Below are positions 48,120 to 57,066 of a stretch of 64,000 nucleotides of DNA, one piece after another. Under the pieces are notes generated by a model. That model was not told where the DNA came from and did not search any database. It saw only the letters and a list, made by a program, of their open reading frames with translations. Each line of letters opens with the position of its first letter. The stretch's first letter is position 1. The position numbers and the translations under genes are program-made. The DNA is from an uncultured bacterium (GTDB lineage: Bacteria; Bacillota_I; Bacilli_A; RFN20; CAG-826), in the NCBI GenBank assembly GCA_949300345.1, contig CASGDR010000001.1:131835-195834 (forward strand). The letters run 5' to 3'.

Positions 48120-50063
48120 GTGGAAACTCCCGATAAAATCATTCAATCATGCGATCCTTTGGATCTTCTTTCCAAACTTTCATATCTCAAGTGGCTAATG
48201 GCGACAGACGCTTTTTCGGATAGAGACAAGCAGCCATTCACCTTTTTGGAAGTCAAATACGCACTGCATTACGTCATGTCCTATCTGCTGTCCCATAAGC
48301 TTGGCGAAGCAGCTAATCAATCCATACAGTATGAAACAATTTCCACCTTAATCTGCGCGCTTGCCCAAGAAGAAATAAATAGAAAGTTTAACGAGGAAGC
48401 GACACTGGATAAGCTGTCAGGAAAACTTCAATACACTCAGAAAGACTCAGGCGAATTGCTTCCTTTATTCTACTCCGTTCCATTTCGCCACATTTTAGAA
48501 GGGGAAGATGACATAATCTCAGCAAAATACGGATGCAATTCGAATGACATACTCAATGATTTCGCGACATTGGTGGGCGCTTTCAATAACTCAGTAAGAG
48601 CCAAAGGAATGAAAGTTTTCGATTTCGTCAATAGGTTCAACGACTACTGCAACTCCTCCGCCTTGGCAATCCAAAAAAACATGAAAAGTTACGGCTTGTT
48701 CAAAACAATGTCAGGCCGAATAGGCCAATTCGCAGAAGACGAATTTGATCACGGTTACCCAATTTCGCTAATTAAGAAATTCAGGAAACTCTTCATCAGA
48801 GTTGACGATATTTTGTACTGCCCAGATTTGGAGCTTGTCCCAAATCTAATCGTCCGCTGCGTAGAAAGAGCGATGCAGCAAGACAAAAGGCAAAATCCAG
48901 AATGGGATCTGCGGATGAAGGAAAGAACAGAGAAACTCGTGAATGGCGCCCTTTCGCACTATTTCAAAGGAGGGACATACCATGCGAACTCAGAGTTTGG
49001 CCAGAAAGAAAAAGGGGAAAGCGATGGCCTCTTTGAATTCTTGGGACATCTTTTCATAATTGAAGTTAAAGCCGGAAAGCTTAGTCCCGATCCTGTCGAG
49101 TCAAATAACACCACTGTTCATCAATCCTACAAGGCAACGATAGGAAAAGGGACCAAGCAATGTGACAAGGCAGAAAATCATATTCTCGAACATGGCGGCA
49201 AATTCAAAGAAGACGGCCACGAATTCCGAGTGAATTACGATATTGAGCACATCATCAAACTCGTCATTTCATTTGAAGACCTTTCCGCTGTTTTGCCGGA
49301 TGAGAATATTCAAACCCCTAATCACACAATTCTCATGACTTATTTTGATTTGCTTATAGTGCTTGACTATATAAACGAACCAATTCTTTCCCTCAAATAT
49401 TTCTTGGAGAGAAGAAAGGCATTGGAGCATTGCTGGGATATTTCAGACGAAATGATTTATCTGGGTTTATTTAGCGACGACATGAATTTTACGTATCGCT
49501 TAAATTCCCAACCCTTTTCTTCTTCGGCAGACAACTCCACAAATTTCGTCCTTGATCCGCATTCGTTCACGCACGAAATAGAGATGCACTACACGCAACC
49601 AGAACGATATCCCAAACCAAAAATACATTTGAGTGAATTTCAAAGGCTGGTATTGGCGGCACTCAATGGAAAGGATAGCATCTCGTCTAAATGGGCAATG
49701 CCACTGCTTATGCTTCCTACTCAATTCGGAGATAAATTGATGTTGCTTTTCCAAAGGAATAATTGTCACAGAGGTTTTGCCCCACAAGTAGGCATGGCTG
49801 GGTTCGCAAACGGAAAACATATCGCCGTTATGGTGTCAAAAAAGCACATAGGAGAACAAAGATATATCTATTATGCCATTGCGAATAGGTTCTTCAGAAA
49901 GCATGGAGAAGCGAAAGAAATCGTAAGCCTGATTGTTGACGGCCAGCGTTCCCACCTCGAGGAAATTGACCATTCGCGAAAGGAATTAAACTATCAAAAG
50001 ACCCTAGATGCGCTTCAACAAATAGAAGCCAAATTTGGGTTTAGACAAAAGATCTACAAATAA
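48120..50063 (+). CDS. Large PD-(D/E)xK nuclease-fold protein of unknown family (AT-rich)
   Basis: 647 aa. A central motif ESDGLFEFLGHLFIIEVKAGK gives D...E-V-K. It starts 9 nt after the helicase stop. Its GC is markedly lower than that of its neighbours. Confidence 0.55.
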   Translation: METPDKIIQSCDPLDLLSKLSYLKWLMATDAFSDRDKQPFTFLEVKYALHYVMSYLLSHKLGEAANQSIQYETISTLICALAQEEINRKFNEEATLDKLSGKLQYTQKDSGELLPLFYSVPFRHILEGEDDIISAKYGCNSNDILNDFATLVGAFNNSVRAKGMKVFDFVNRFNDYCNSSALAIQKNMKSYGLFKTMSGRIGQFAEDEFDHGYPISLIKKFRKLFIRVDDILYCPDLELVPNLIVRCVERAMQQDKRQNPEWDLRMKERTEKLVNGALSHYFKGGTYHANSEFGQKEKGESDGLFEFLGHLFIIEVKAGKLSPDPVESNNTTVHQSYKATIGKGTKQCDKAENHILEHGGKFKEDGHEFRVNYDIEHIIKLVISFEDLSAVLPDENIQTPNHTILMTYFDLLIVLDYINEPILSLKYFLERRKALEHCWDISDEMIYLGLFSDDMNFTYRLNSQPFSSSADNSTNFVLDPHSFTHEIEMHYTQPERYPKPKIHLSEFQRLVLAALNGKDSISSKWAMPLLMLPTQFGDKLMLLFQRNNCHRGFAPQVGMAGFANGKHIAVMVSKKHIGEQRYIYYAIANRFFRKHGEAKEIVSLIVDGQRSHLEEIDHSRKELNYQKTLDALQQIEAKFGFRQKIYK

Positions 50064-50111
50064 TTTTTACGTTCATGGTAACTGTTAAACGCAGAATGAC
50101 AGCGTTACTTA

Positions 50112-52166
50112 TCAATCATTCAACTGCTTTTCAAACGACTGCTTGATGATGTCCATGACGTCGTCCAACTGGCCCAAGTTATCCAGAATAACTTCGACGT
50201 TTCCATTCCCCCACCTTCCAACGCCGGTAACGTCTTTGCATATTCCCTTTGGATCGTTCACCTCGGAGAAATCCATGTTGATGGCGATTCTCAGCCTGCT
50301 TTCCTGAAAGACGATGTCCGTGAAATTCGTGTCCAGCTTATAGGCAACGTAGAGTTTTTTGAACTCCCTTCGCACCGAGGAAGACAAGTTCATAATCCTG
50401 GTGTCAAGTTTCTCGAAAAACATCTTAGTCAGTAAATTCGGCCTGTAGGAATCGAGACTGTACTTCGGCTCGTTTCCCTTATCCTGCACGTAGGGAGCGA
50501 GTTGCTCCGATGCAAGGTTTGGATATTGCCATATTTCAAGAGCCTTGGCTGCCAAAAGTTTGGCCCTTTCCTCGATCTTGTCTCCGTTCCAAGTGCTCTG
50601 AAGAACAATGTACTCATTAAGCCTACAAGCCGTCTGGCGGAATCCGCCTTTCATGACCATTTTCTCCATGAAAGGCTTGTCGCTCATCTCTGAGTTGTAT
50701 CCGGTTAGGGTGAGATTGCCGATGGTATGTAGATATTTCGAATGGGCTGCTTTCCAATCGCTTCCTAGCATGGCCTTCCAGTCGTCGTTTAGCCGATCGT
50801 TTTGGGGCATGATATGCTCGATCGTCATCGAAAGCACGTCCACCGGGGACTTGTTGTCGTAGTTTTCAAGGCGGTCAAGGATGTAGTTCCTGTTCCGCAT
50901 GTTGTAGATATCCCTGCTAACAAATGCCTTTTCGAATTCCTCGTCGTTAGGGAACTCCTTATACCCCTCACGGGTGAGGAAGAACGCCTTCAAGGAGACA
51001 AGGTAATCGTCCTTTTTTATTTCGTTTTCCAAGGTGGCGAATGTCTTGTTGAGCGAGTTTGTGGCAAGATCGCATATGCTTCTTCTCAGCACGTAGCTTA
51101 TACATAGACGGATGATTTCGCCCGTATCGGAATTGCTTACAAGGCCGGAAGCGTTGTCACGGAGGACTGCCATTAGAAATGGGTTGGCAACGCCCATGTT
51201 TAGTTCCTTAACCTCACGGAATAACTCGGCCAAATTCTGATCCTTGCTTCTGGCAAAGATGATGTCTGTGTATATCTTTCCCATCCGGTAGATGTCATTG
51301 CAAAGCTCTTCGCTGCTTGCGAAAGGACAGTTGATCCGCCACGATTTGAACTCGTCATACACGTTCGCCTTGTTCGGGATTCTGTGGTTATACATCGTCA
51401 AGTAGTCCCTGAAGAACGAATCCATGTTGGAGTCCTGGCTTTCGTGCCCGAAGAGTTCCTCGAATGGGCGCCACACCTTGGAATAAAGGCTTTCCTGAGC
51501 TTCCTTCGTCATCCCCATGAGGACGAAGTTTCTAATCAAGTCAGACTGCGAGAGAGCCTTGCCAGTGGAATTGAGACTTTCAAAGATGGCTTGCGGATCA
51601 TCACGGCCCCTTTCGAGCGTGATGATGACTATTTGCAGCTTCCCCGTTGCCTCAAACAGAGAATCGGTAGAGATTTCGTTTTTTGCAATCTTGCTTTTAA
51701 AGAACTCGTAGGCATTGAGCAGCTTCGACTTGGTTCCTTCTGCTATGGGCTTAGATTCGACGAGGGAAACGAGGACGTCCTTGTCCTCCTCCGTCAGCAG
51801 TAGCTTGTACTTCTGCTCGCCGCTTTCATACTGGTTCATGAGAAACGATGTGTTGATCTTCTGCTTTTCGAGATCGCCGTCTATGGAATCTCGGAGCGCG
51901 ATAAGGACGAGGGCCAAGGTCGTGAGGCGCTGCTGCCCGTCGATGACCATGTATTTTTGGACACCAGTTGGAGCCGTTTTCTCCGCAATGCAGACTATTG
52001 AACCCAAGAAGTGACTGTCCCTGTTTTCCTTCTGCATTTCCACGATATCGTCCCAAAGGCGGCCGTACTGGGATTCATCCCAGCTGTATAGTCTCTGGTA
52101 AATTGGGACTATGTACTGTTTCAGCCCGTTCAGCAATTCGAATATGTTCCCCTTGTTAGCGTCCAT
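50112..52166 (-). CDS. DUF262 (ParB/GmrS-like) + DUF1524 (HNH/His-Me, GmrD-like) fusion protein; GmrSD-family defense/type IV restriction-like
   Basis: 684 aa with N-terminal IYQRLYSW...IDGQQRLTTL and C-terminal TIEHIMPQN. It overlaps the hsdR stop by 11 nt. Confidence 0.75.
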   Translation of the reverse strand: MDANKGNIFELLNGLKQYIVPIYQRLYSWDESQYGRLWDDIVEMQKENRDSHFLGSIVCIAEKTAPTGVQKYMVIDGQQRLTTLALVLIALRDSIDGDLEKQKINTSFLMNQYESGEQKYKLLLTEEDKDVLVSLVESKPIAEGTKSKLLNAYEFFKSKIAKNEISTDSLFEATGKLQIVIITLERGRDDPQAIFESLNSTGKALSQSDLIRNFVLMGMTKEAQESLYSKVWRPFEELFGHESQDSNMDSFFRDYLTMYNHRIPNKANVYDEFKSWRINCPFASSEELCNDIYRMGKIYTDIIFARSKDQNLAELFREVKELNMGVANPFLMAVLRDNASGLVSNSDTGEIIRLCISYVLRRSICDLATNSLNKTFATLENEIKKDDYLVSLKAFFLTREGYKEFPNDEEFEKAFVSRDIYNMRNRNYILDRLENYDNKSPVDVLSMTIEHIMPQNDRLNDDWKAMLGSDWKAAHSKYLHTIGNLTLTGYNSEMSDKPFMEKMVMKGGFRQTACRLNEYIVLQSTWNGDKIEERAKLLAAKALEIWQYPNLASEQLAPYVQDKGNEPKYSLDSYRPNLLTKMFFEKLDTRIMNLSSSVRREFKKLYVAYKLDTNFTDIVFQESRLRIAINMDFSEVNDPKGICKDVTGVGRWGNGNVEVILDNLGQLDDVMDIIKQSFEKQLND

Positions 52167-55100
52167 CGCTTTCCCCTCCCATTACGTTGTCCGTCCAAAG
52201 TTCGCACTGCTCGAGAACGGTCTGGATGGCCTTCTCGCGCTCCTCTCCTTCGGGCGGATACTTGTATTTCTTCAAGAGCCTTTTCACTAACATTTTCATG
52301 TGCGAGCGGGCACCCTCGCGCTTCTGCCAGTCTATCGTCTCGTTCTTCCTGAGGAGCTCGGTCAGTTCCTTGGTCATCGCCACCAGTTCGTCGTTCGTGT
52401 AGAAGTCCATGACCGCGGCTGGCTGCGTAAGCGCGTCGTAGAAAGCCTTCTCTTCGGTAGTAAGCCCAAGTTCCTTGCCCTGCTCCGTCGCTTTGCGAAT
52501 CTGCTCGGCCAAATCGAGAAGCTCGTGCATGACCTCCTCGTTCGTCAACATCCCGTTCAGGTACTTGGTGACGATTCTCTGGATGATCTCGCTGAATTTA
52601 ACGGACTGGACCAGGTTGGTCTTCCTGAATATCCTAATCTGCTCGCTGATGAGCTTCTTCAAAAGCTCGACCGCGATGTTCTTCTCCTTCATCTTCGATA
52701 TCTCAGCTAGGAAGTCGGGATTGAATAGCGAAAAGCTCACTTCCCTGTCCTCGAAGAGGTTGATTACACCTTCGGAGATCACGCTTTGTTTGAGCAGCTC
52801 GCTGACCTTGTCGTTGACCTCTGACAGGCTGTATTTCTTGGGCCCGCCGGCGCTTTCGAGCCTGTTGAGGAGGACCCTCACGGATTCGAAGAAAGAGGCT
52901 TCGTGCCTTTCCTCTGCGGTCGCGAGGGACGAGCAAAGAGAAAGAGCTTGGTGGCAAAGGAGGCCCTGTTTGAGGAAATCCTTCTTGGTCTCGGCAAGCT
53001 CCGGCGCGACCATGAAGTTGACGGCCCCTGTGATCGTCTGGGCCTTTACGAGGTCGTCTCCGCTGTTGAAGGCCGCCCAGTCGAATCCGTGGAACAGGTC
53101 CTTGCATACCTGGAGCTTCTCCTGGAACTTCGGATAGGCTTCCTTTGAGACGTCCATGTCGCCGAAGTTCTTCTGGTCGCGGACCGTGTATTCCCTCATG
53201 GCTTGCTTTAGGGCGTTCGCTATCCCGATGTAGTCGACGACTAGGCCGCCCTCCTTGTCCTCGAAAACGCGGTTCACCCTCGCGATTGCCTGCATGAGGT
53301 TGTGGCCGACCATCGGCTTGTAGACGTACATGGTCGCAAGGGACGGTATGTCGAAGCCGGTCAGCCACATGTCGACGACGATGGCAATCTTGAGCGGCGA
53401 CGAGTTGTCCTTGAACCTCGTCGCGAGTTCCTGTTTGCGCGCCTTGTTGCCGATGATGTCCCTCCACCATTCAGGGTCTCGGTTGTCGCTCGTCATCACC
53501 ACCGCCACCTTCTCGGTCCAAGTCGGCCTCTGCCGGAGGATTTCCTTGTAGATCTCCATTGCAATCGGCCTTGAATAGGCGACGATCATCGCCTTGCCAG
53601 TAAGCAGGTGCTCGCGGTTGTTCTCGTAGTGGCCGATGATGTCGGTCACCAACGAGTTTATGGTCTTCGGGTTCCCCAAGACTGCCTCAAGCTGGCCGAG
53701 CTTCCGCTTGCTGGCTTCGATGACGGAAGGATCGGAATCCTCCTCCAGCTTATCGTAGAGGTCGTCAATCTTGCCTATGGTCTCCTCGTCGAGCTTCAGC
53801 TTGATGACGCGGCTTTCGTAATAGACCGGCCTTGTGGCCCCGTCGGCCACGGACTGTGTCATGTCGTAGATGTCGATGTAGTCGCCGAATATCTCCTTGG
53901 TGTTGTGGTCCTTGCTGAACACCGGGGTCCCGGTGAAACCGATGTAGGTGGCGTTCGGGAGGGCGTCCCTGACCTTCCTGGCGTAGCCTATGGTCGTTAC
54001 GGCGACATCGTTGCCGTTCTCATCTTTCTTTATTCGCACTTTTTCCGTGAGGCCGTATTGGCTTCGGTGCGCCTCGTCGGACATGACGACGATGTTCTTC
54101 CTCGTCGAAAGGGGCTTGGCTGACTCGGTGAACTTCTCGATCGTGGTGAAGAAGATGCCGTTGGCCTTCCTTTCGTCGAGTAGCTTGACGAGGTGCTCGC
54201 GCGACTCGGCCTGGATGGGCTTTTGCCTCAGGAACTCGGAGCACTTGGCGAACTGCGAGAAAAGCTGATCGTCAAGGTCGTTTCTGTCGGTAAGGACAAC
54301 GATCGTAGGACTATCTAGGTGCTGCTGGAGTAGATGTGCGTAAAAGACCATCGAAAGGGACTTGCCGCTCCCCTGAGTGTGCCAGAAGACGCCGCCCTTC
54401 CCGTCGGTAGCCACCGCCCTTTCCGTCGACTTGATGGCCTTGTTGACGGCGAAGTACTGGTGGTAGGCCGCCATGATCTTGAACGTCTTTATCCCCTCGT
54501 TGGAGAAGCAGATGAAGTTCCGGATGATGTCGAGGAGGCGCTCCTTCGGGAATATCCCCTCGAAGAAAACGTCGAAGGTGGCGACGCAATCGGTGGTGTA
54601 CGTACCATCCTTGCTCTTCCATTCCATGAACCTCTCCTCGTCGGAGGTGATGGTCCCGGCCTTCGAAAGAAGGAGGTCCGACATGACGCATAAGGCATTG
54701 TAGATGAACATCGACGGGATTTCGTGGATGTAGTTCCTTATCTGAGAGTATGCCTCCGAAGCATTCGTCTCCTCCCTAGAAGGCGACTTCAGTTCCATGA
54801 GCACCACCGGGAGGCCGTTTAGGAAGATAAGGATGTCCGGGCGCTTGTTGCTCCTTTCCACAAAGGTCCACTGGTTCGCCACGACGAACGAATTCCTCTC
54901 CGGGTGATCATAGTCGACCAAGTAGCACATGTCGGACTTGGACTCCCCGTTCTCACGGTAACGGACCGGAAGGCCGTTCTGCAGATAGTCCATGAATAGC
55001 TTGTTTTTTTGGATGAGGTCGGCGTTTTCAAAGTGATGGAGCTTGTTCAAGGCGTCTTGGATGGCCTCTTCTTTGAGCGACGGATTTATCCTCCGCAGGG

Positions 55101-55236
55101 ATTCCTCCAATTCTCCCTCGTAAAGAGGCGATTCGTAGTCCCTATCCGGAAGGTCGGGGCCATAAACATGCCTGTAGCCGAGGCCTTCGAGAAGCTGGAC
55201 TATAGAATTCTCGTATGTATTTTCAGTGAATGGCAT
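52156..55236 (-). CDS. hsdR: Type I restriction enzyme R subunit
   Basis: 1026 aa with an N-terminal HsdR_N region, SF2 motifs GSGKSLSM and SDEAHRSQ, and a C-terminal helical domain. Confidence 0.9.
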   Translation of the reverse strand: MPFTENTYENSIVQLLEGLGYRHVYGPDLPDRDYESPLYEGELEESLRRINPSLKEEAIQDALNKLHHFENADLIQKNKLFMDYLQNGLPVRYRENGESKSDMCYLVDYDHPERNSFVVANQWTFVERSNKRPDILIFLNGLPVVLMELKSPSREETNASEAYSQIRNYIHEIPSMFIYNALCVMSDLLLSKAGTITSDEERFMEWKSKDGTYTTDCVATFDVFFEGIFPKERLLDIIRNFICFSNEGIKTFKIMAAYHQYFAVNKAIKSTERAVATDGKGGVFWHTQGSGKSLSMVFYAHLLQQHLDSPTIVVLTDRNDLDDQLFSQFAKCSEFLRQKPIQAESREHLVKLLDERKANGIFFTTIEKFTESAKPLSTRKNIVVMSDEAHRSQYGLTEKVRIKKDENGNDVAVTTIGYARKVRDALPNATYIGFTGTPVFSKDHNTKEIFGDYIDIYDMTQSVADGATRPVYYESRVIKLKLDEETIGKIDDLYDKLEEDSDPSVIEASKRKLGQLEAVLGNPKTINSLVTDIIGHYENNREHLLTGKAMIVAYSRPIAMEIYKEILRQRPTWTEKVAVVMTSDNRDPEWWRDIIGNKARKQELATRFKDNSSPLKIAIVVDMWLTGFDIPSLATMYVYKPMVGHNLMQAIARVNRVFEDKEGGLVVDYIGIANALKQAMREYTVRDQKNFGDMDVSKEAYPKFQEKLQVCKDLFHGFDWAAFNSGDDLVKAQTITGAVNFMVAPELAETKKDFLKQGLLCHQALSLCSSLATAEERHEASFFESVRVLLNRLESAGGPKKYSLSEVNDKVSELLKQSVISEGVINLFEDREVSFSLFNPDFLAEISKMKEKNIAVELLKKLISEQIRIFRKTNLVQSVKFSEIIQRIVTKYLNGMLTNEEVMHELLDLAEQIRKATEQGKELGLTTEEKAFYDALTQPAAVMDFYTNDELVAMTKELTELLRKNETIDWQKREGARSHMKMLVKRLLKKYKYPPEGEEREKAIQTVLEQCELWTDNVMGGESDGR

Positions 55237-55253
55237 AGCAGCCCTCCTTTCAT

Positions 55254-55281
55254 CCGTTTAAACGATAATTTATCGAAGCAG
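55254..55281 (+). repeat. hsdS recombination repeat R1 (forward; encodes NDNLSKQ)
   Basis: ccgtttaaacgataatttatcgaagcag. It is a 22 bp perfect inverted match to 55971..55992 and a 22 bp direct match to 57546..57567. Confidence 0.8.
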
Positions 55282-55344
55282 ATATCTACACTTATCGCTC
55301 ATGAATTCCCATATACAGCCGATGAATTCATAAGTGGTTGGCAT

Positions 55345-55968
55345 ATGGTTAACCTTACTGAAGTAGCTAGTTTTACGAATGGCTATTCATATAAGAGTGA
55401 TGATCTCAAGCCGAATGATGACATTGCCTTGGTCACCATTAAAAACTTTGATAGATATGGTGGATTCAAATTGGATGGCTTCAAAGAACTAATACCGTCT
55501 AGTCGAGTGAAGCCTGAGCAGTATGCTGATTTGTTCGATATTCTCGTAGCACACACAGATTTAACGCAAAACGCCGAAGTCATTGGTAATTCAGAAGTTG
55601 TGCTTTCAAAAGGGAGATATGGCAAACTGGTATTCTCGATGGACTTAGTTTGTGTAAGGCCAATAGGGAATTTTGGCAAATTCCTTCTAGCGGCTCTTTT
55701 GCACGACAGGCGCTTCAAAAAGCACTGTTTGGGGTATGTCAATGGGACTACAGTTTTACACCTAAATAAAAACGCTCTAAAAGAATATTGTTTTCTTGTT
55801 CCGGATGACCCTTCAATACTATGCAAGTTAGATTTGCTTCTCGGTGACTTATATCGAAAACAGTCAGAAATCATCGAAGAAAACATTCGCCTCTCAGAAA
55901 CAAGAGATCTTCTGTTAAAAAAGTTGTTGTCTGGTGAGACAGAATCGCTAGATTTTTTAGAAAGGTAA
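55345..55968 (+). CDS. hsdS: Silent partial hsdS cassette (single target-recognition domain plus conserved C-terminus)
   Basis: 207 aa from MVNLTEV, ending LLLKKLLSGETESLDFLER. It is in frame with the upstream repeat R1 and flanked by inverted repeats R1 and R2. Confidence 0.7.
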   Translation: MVNLTEVASFTNGYSYKSDDLKPNDDIALVTIKNFDRYGGFKLDGFKELIPSSRVKPEQYADLFDILVAHTDLTQNAEVIGNSEVVLSKGRYGKLVFSMDLVCVRPIGNFGKFLLAALLHDRRFKKHCLGYVNGTTVLHLNKNALKEYCFLVPDDPSILCKLDLLLGDLYRKQSEIIEENIRLSETRDLLLKKLLSGETESLDFLER

Positions 55969-55992
55969 GACGATAAATTATCGTTTAAACGG
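55969..55992 (-). repeat. hsdS recombination repeat R2 (inverted copy)
   Basis: gacgataaattatcgtttaaacgg is the reverse complement of R1. Confidence 0.8.
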
Positions 55993-56066
55993 ACGTAGCT
56001 CCCCCGCGGCGGGAGGCCGAGAGAAACAGCCGCGGAAAGCGCTTCTCCAGTAATAAGGAGGAGAAC

Positions 56067-57053
56067 ATGAAAGAAGAATTCGTCAACCTCGTCGTTCAGG
56101 ACATGCTTCCGTTCCTGAACAACGCTCAGCTCGAGAAGCTCAAGGAATCCCTTGAGAGAGAACTGATTGGGAAGCAAATCGTCGAAGAAAGAAAGGAGGA
56201 CAAGATGGACTGGAACGAAGGATACGTCCAGAAGTTCATTTCATCGAAAAGGCTTGAAGGGTGCTCCGAGAAATCGCTCCTTTACTACGAAAAGACGATT
56301 AACAGGGTCTTAGGCGAAATAGGAAAGCCCCTTAAGACTATCGTTACTGATGACCTTAGATCATATCTAACCGCTTATCAGGCAAAAAACGAGGTGAGCA
56401 AGGTCACAATCGACAACGTCAGGAGGATTCTTTCTAGCTTCTTCTCATGGCTGGAAGACGAAGACTACATCCTGAAAAGCCCTGCCAGGAGGATCCATAA
56501 GGTCAAGGCGACGATCAGCATCAAAAACACATTCACGGACGAAGAGATAGAGATGATGCGTGACGCCTGCGAATCCCCTCGCGACCTTGCGATAATCGAC
56601 ATGCTTTCTTCGACCGGCATGAGGGTGGGGGAGATGATCAAGCTCAAGCGCTCCGACGTTAACCTAGTCGAGAGGGAATGCGTGGTTCTCGGCAAGGGCG
56701 ATAAACAAAGAACCGTGTACTTCGACGCACGAACGAAGATTCATCTTCAAAGATATCTGGAGACTCGTACCGATTCTCTGGATTCCCTGTTTTTATCTAG
56801 ATGCAGGTCCGGCCAGCCGCTGGGCATAGGCGGAATAGAGCATCTTATAAAGAAATTAGGAACGCTTATCGGTATCAAAAAGGCACATCCACATAAGTTC
56901 AGAAGAACGTTAGCAACTGGTGCTATAGATAAGGGGATGCCAATTGAGCAAGTTCAACAGTTACTAGGACATAAGCGCATTGACACCACATTGATGTATG
57001 CAATGGTTAAACAAGCAAACGTCAAAGCTTCTCACAGACGATACATAGGTTAG
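56067..57053 (+). CDS. Tyrosine site-specific recombinase (XerC/D-like, shufflon invertase)
   Basis: 328 aa with the R (MRVGE), K (GKGDKQR), H-x-x-R (HPHKFRRT) and Y (TTLMYA) catalytic signature. It lies between the hsdS cassettes. Confidence 0.85.
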   Translation: MKEEFVNLVVQDMLPFLNNAQLEKLKESLERELIGKQIVEERKEDKMDWNEGYVQKFISSKRLEGCSEKSLLYYEKTINRVLGEIGKPLKTIVTDDLRSYLTAYQAKNEVSKVTIDNVRRILSSFFSWLEDEDYILKSPARRIHKVKATISIKNTFTDEEIEMMRDACESPRDLAIIDMLSSTGMRVGEMIKLKRSDVNLVERECVVLGKGDKQRTVYFDARTKIHLQRYLETRTDSLDSLFLSRCRSGQPLGIGGIEHLIKKLGTLIGIKKAHPHKFRRTLATGAIDKGMPIEQVQQLLGHKRIDTTLMYAMVKQANVKASHRRYIG

Positions 57054-57066
57054 GGAGGAAAAAGAC

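Noticed and set aside
52703-53470. 255 aa ORF in alternate frame within hsdR
   Set aside because: Same strand as hsdR but a different frame, with an Arg/Gly/Pro-rich junk-like translation. hsdR reads through this region with conserved helicase motifs.
55009-55344. Upstream in-frame extension of the hsdS cassette ORF back to 55009
   Set aside because: The extension overlaps the hsdR 5' end on the opposite strand. The HsdS-like sequence only begins at the repeat R1 NDNLSKQ segment and Met at 55345.
55383-56177. 264 aa minus-strand ORF spanning hsdS cassette, repeat R2 and recombinase start
   Set aside because: It crosses an intergenic region and two real plus-strand genes, and its Ser/Leu-rich composition indicates an antisense artefact.
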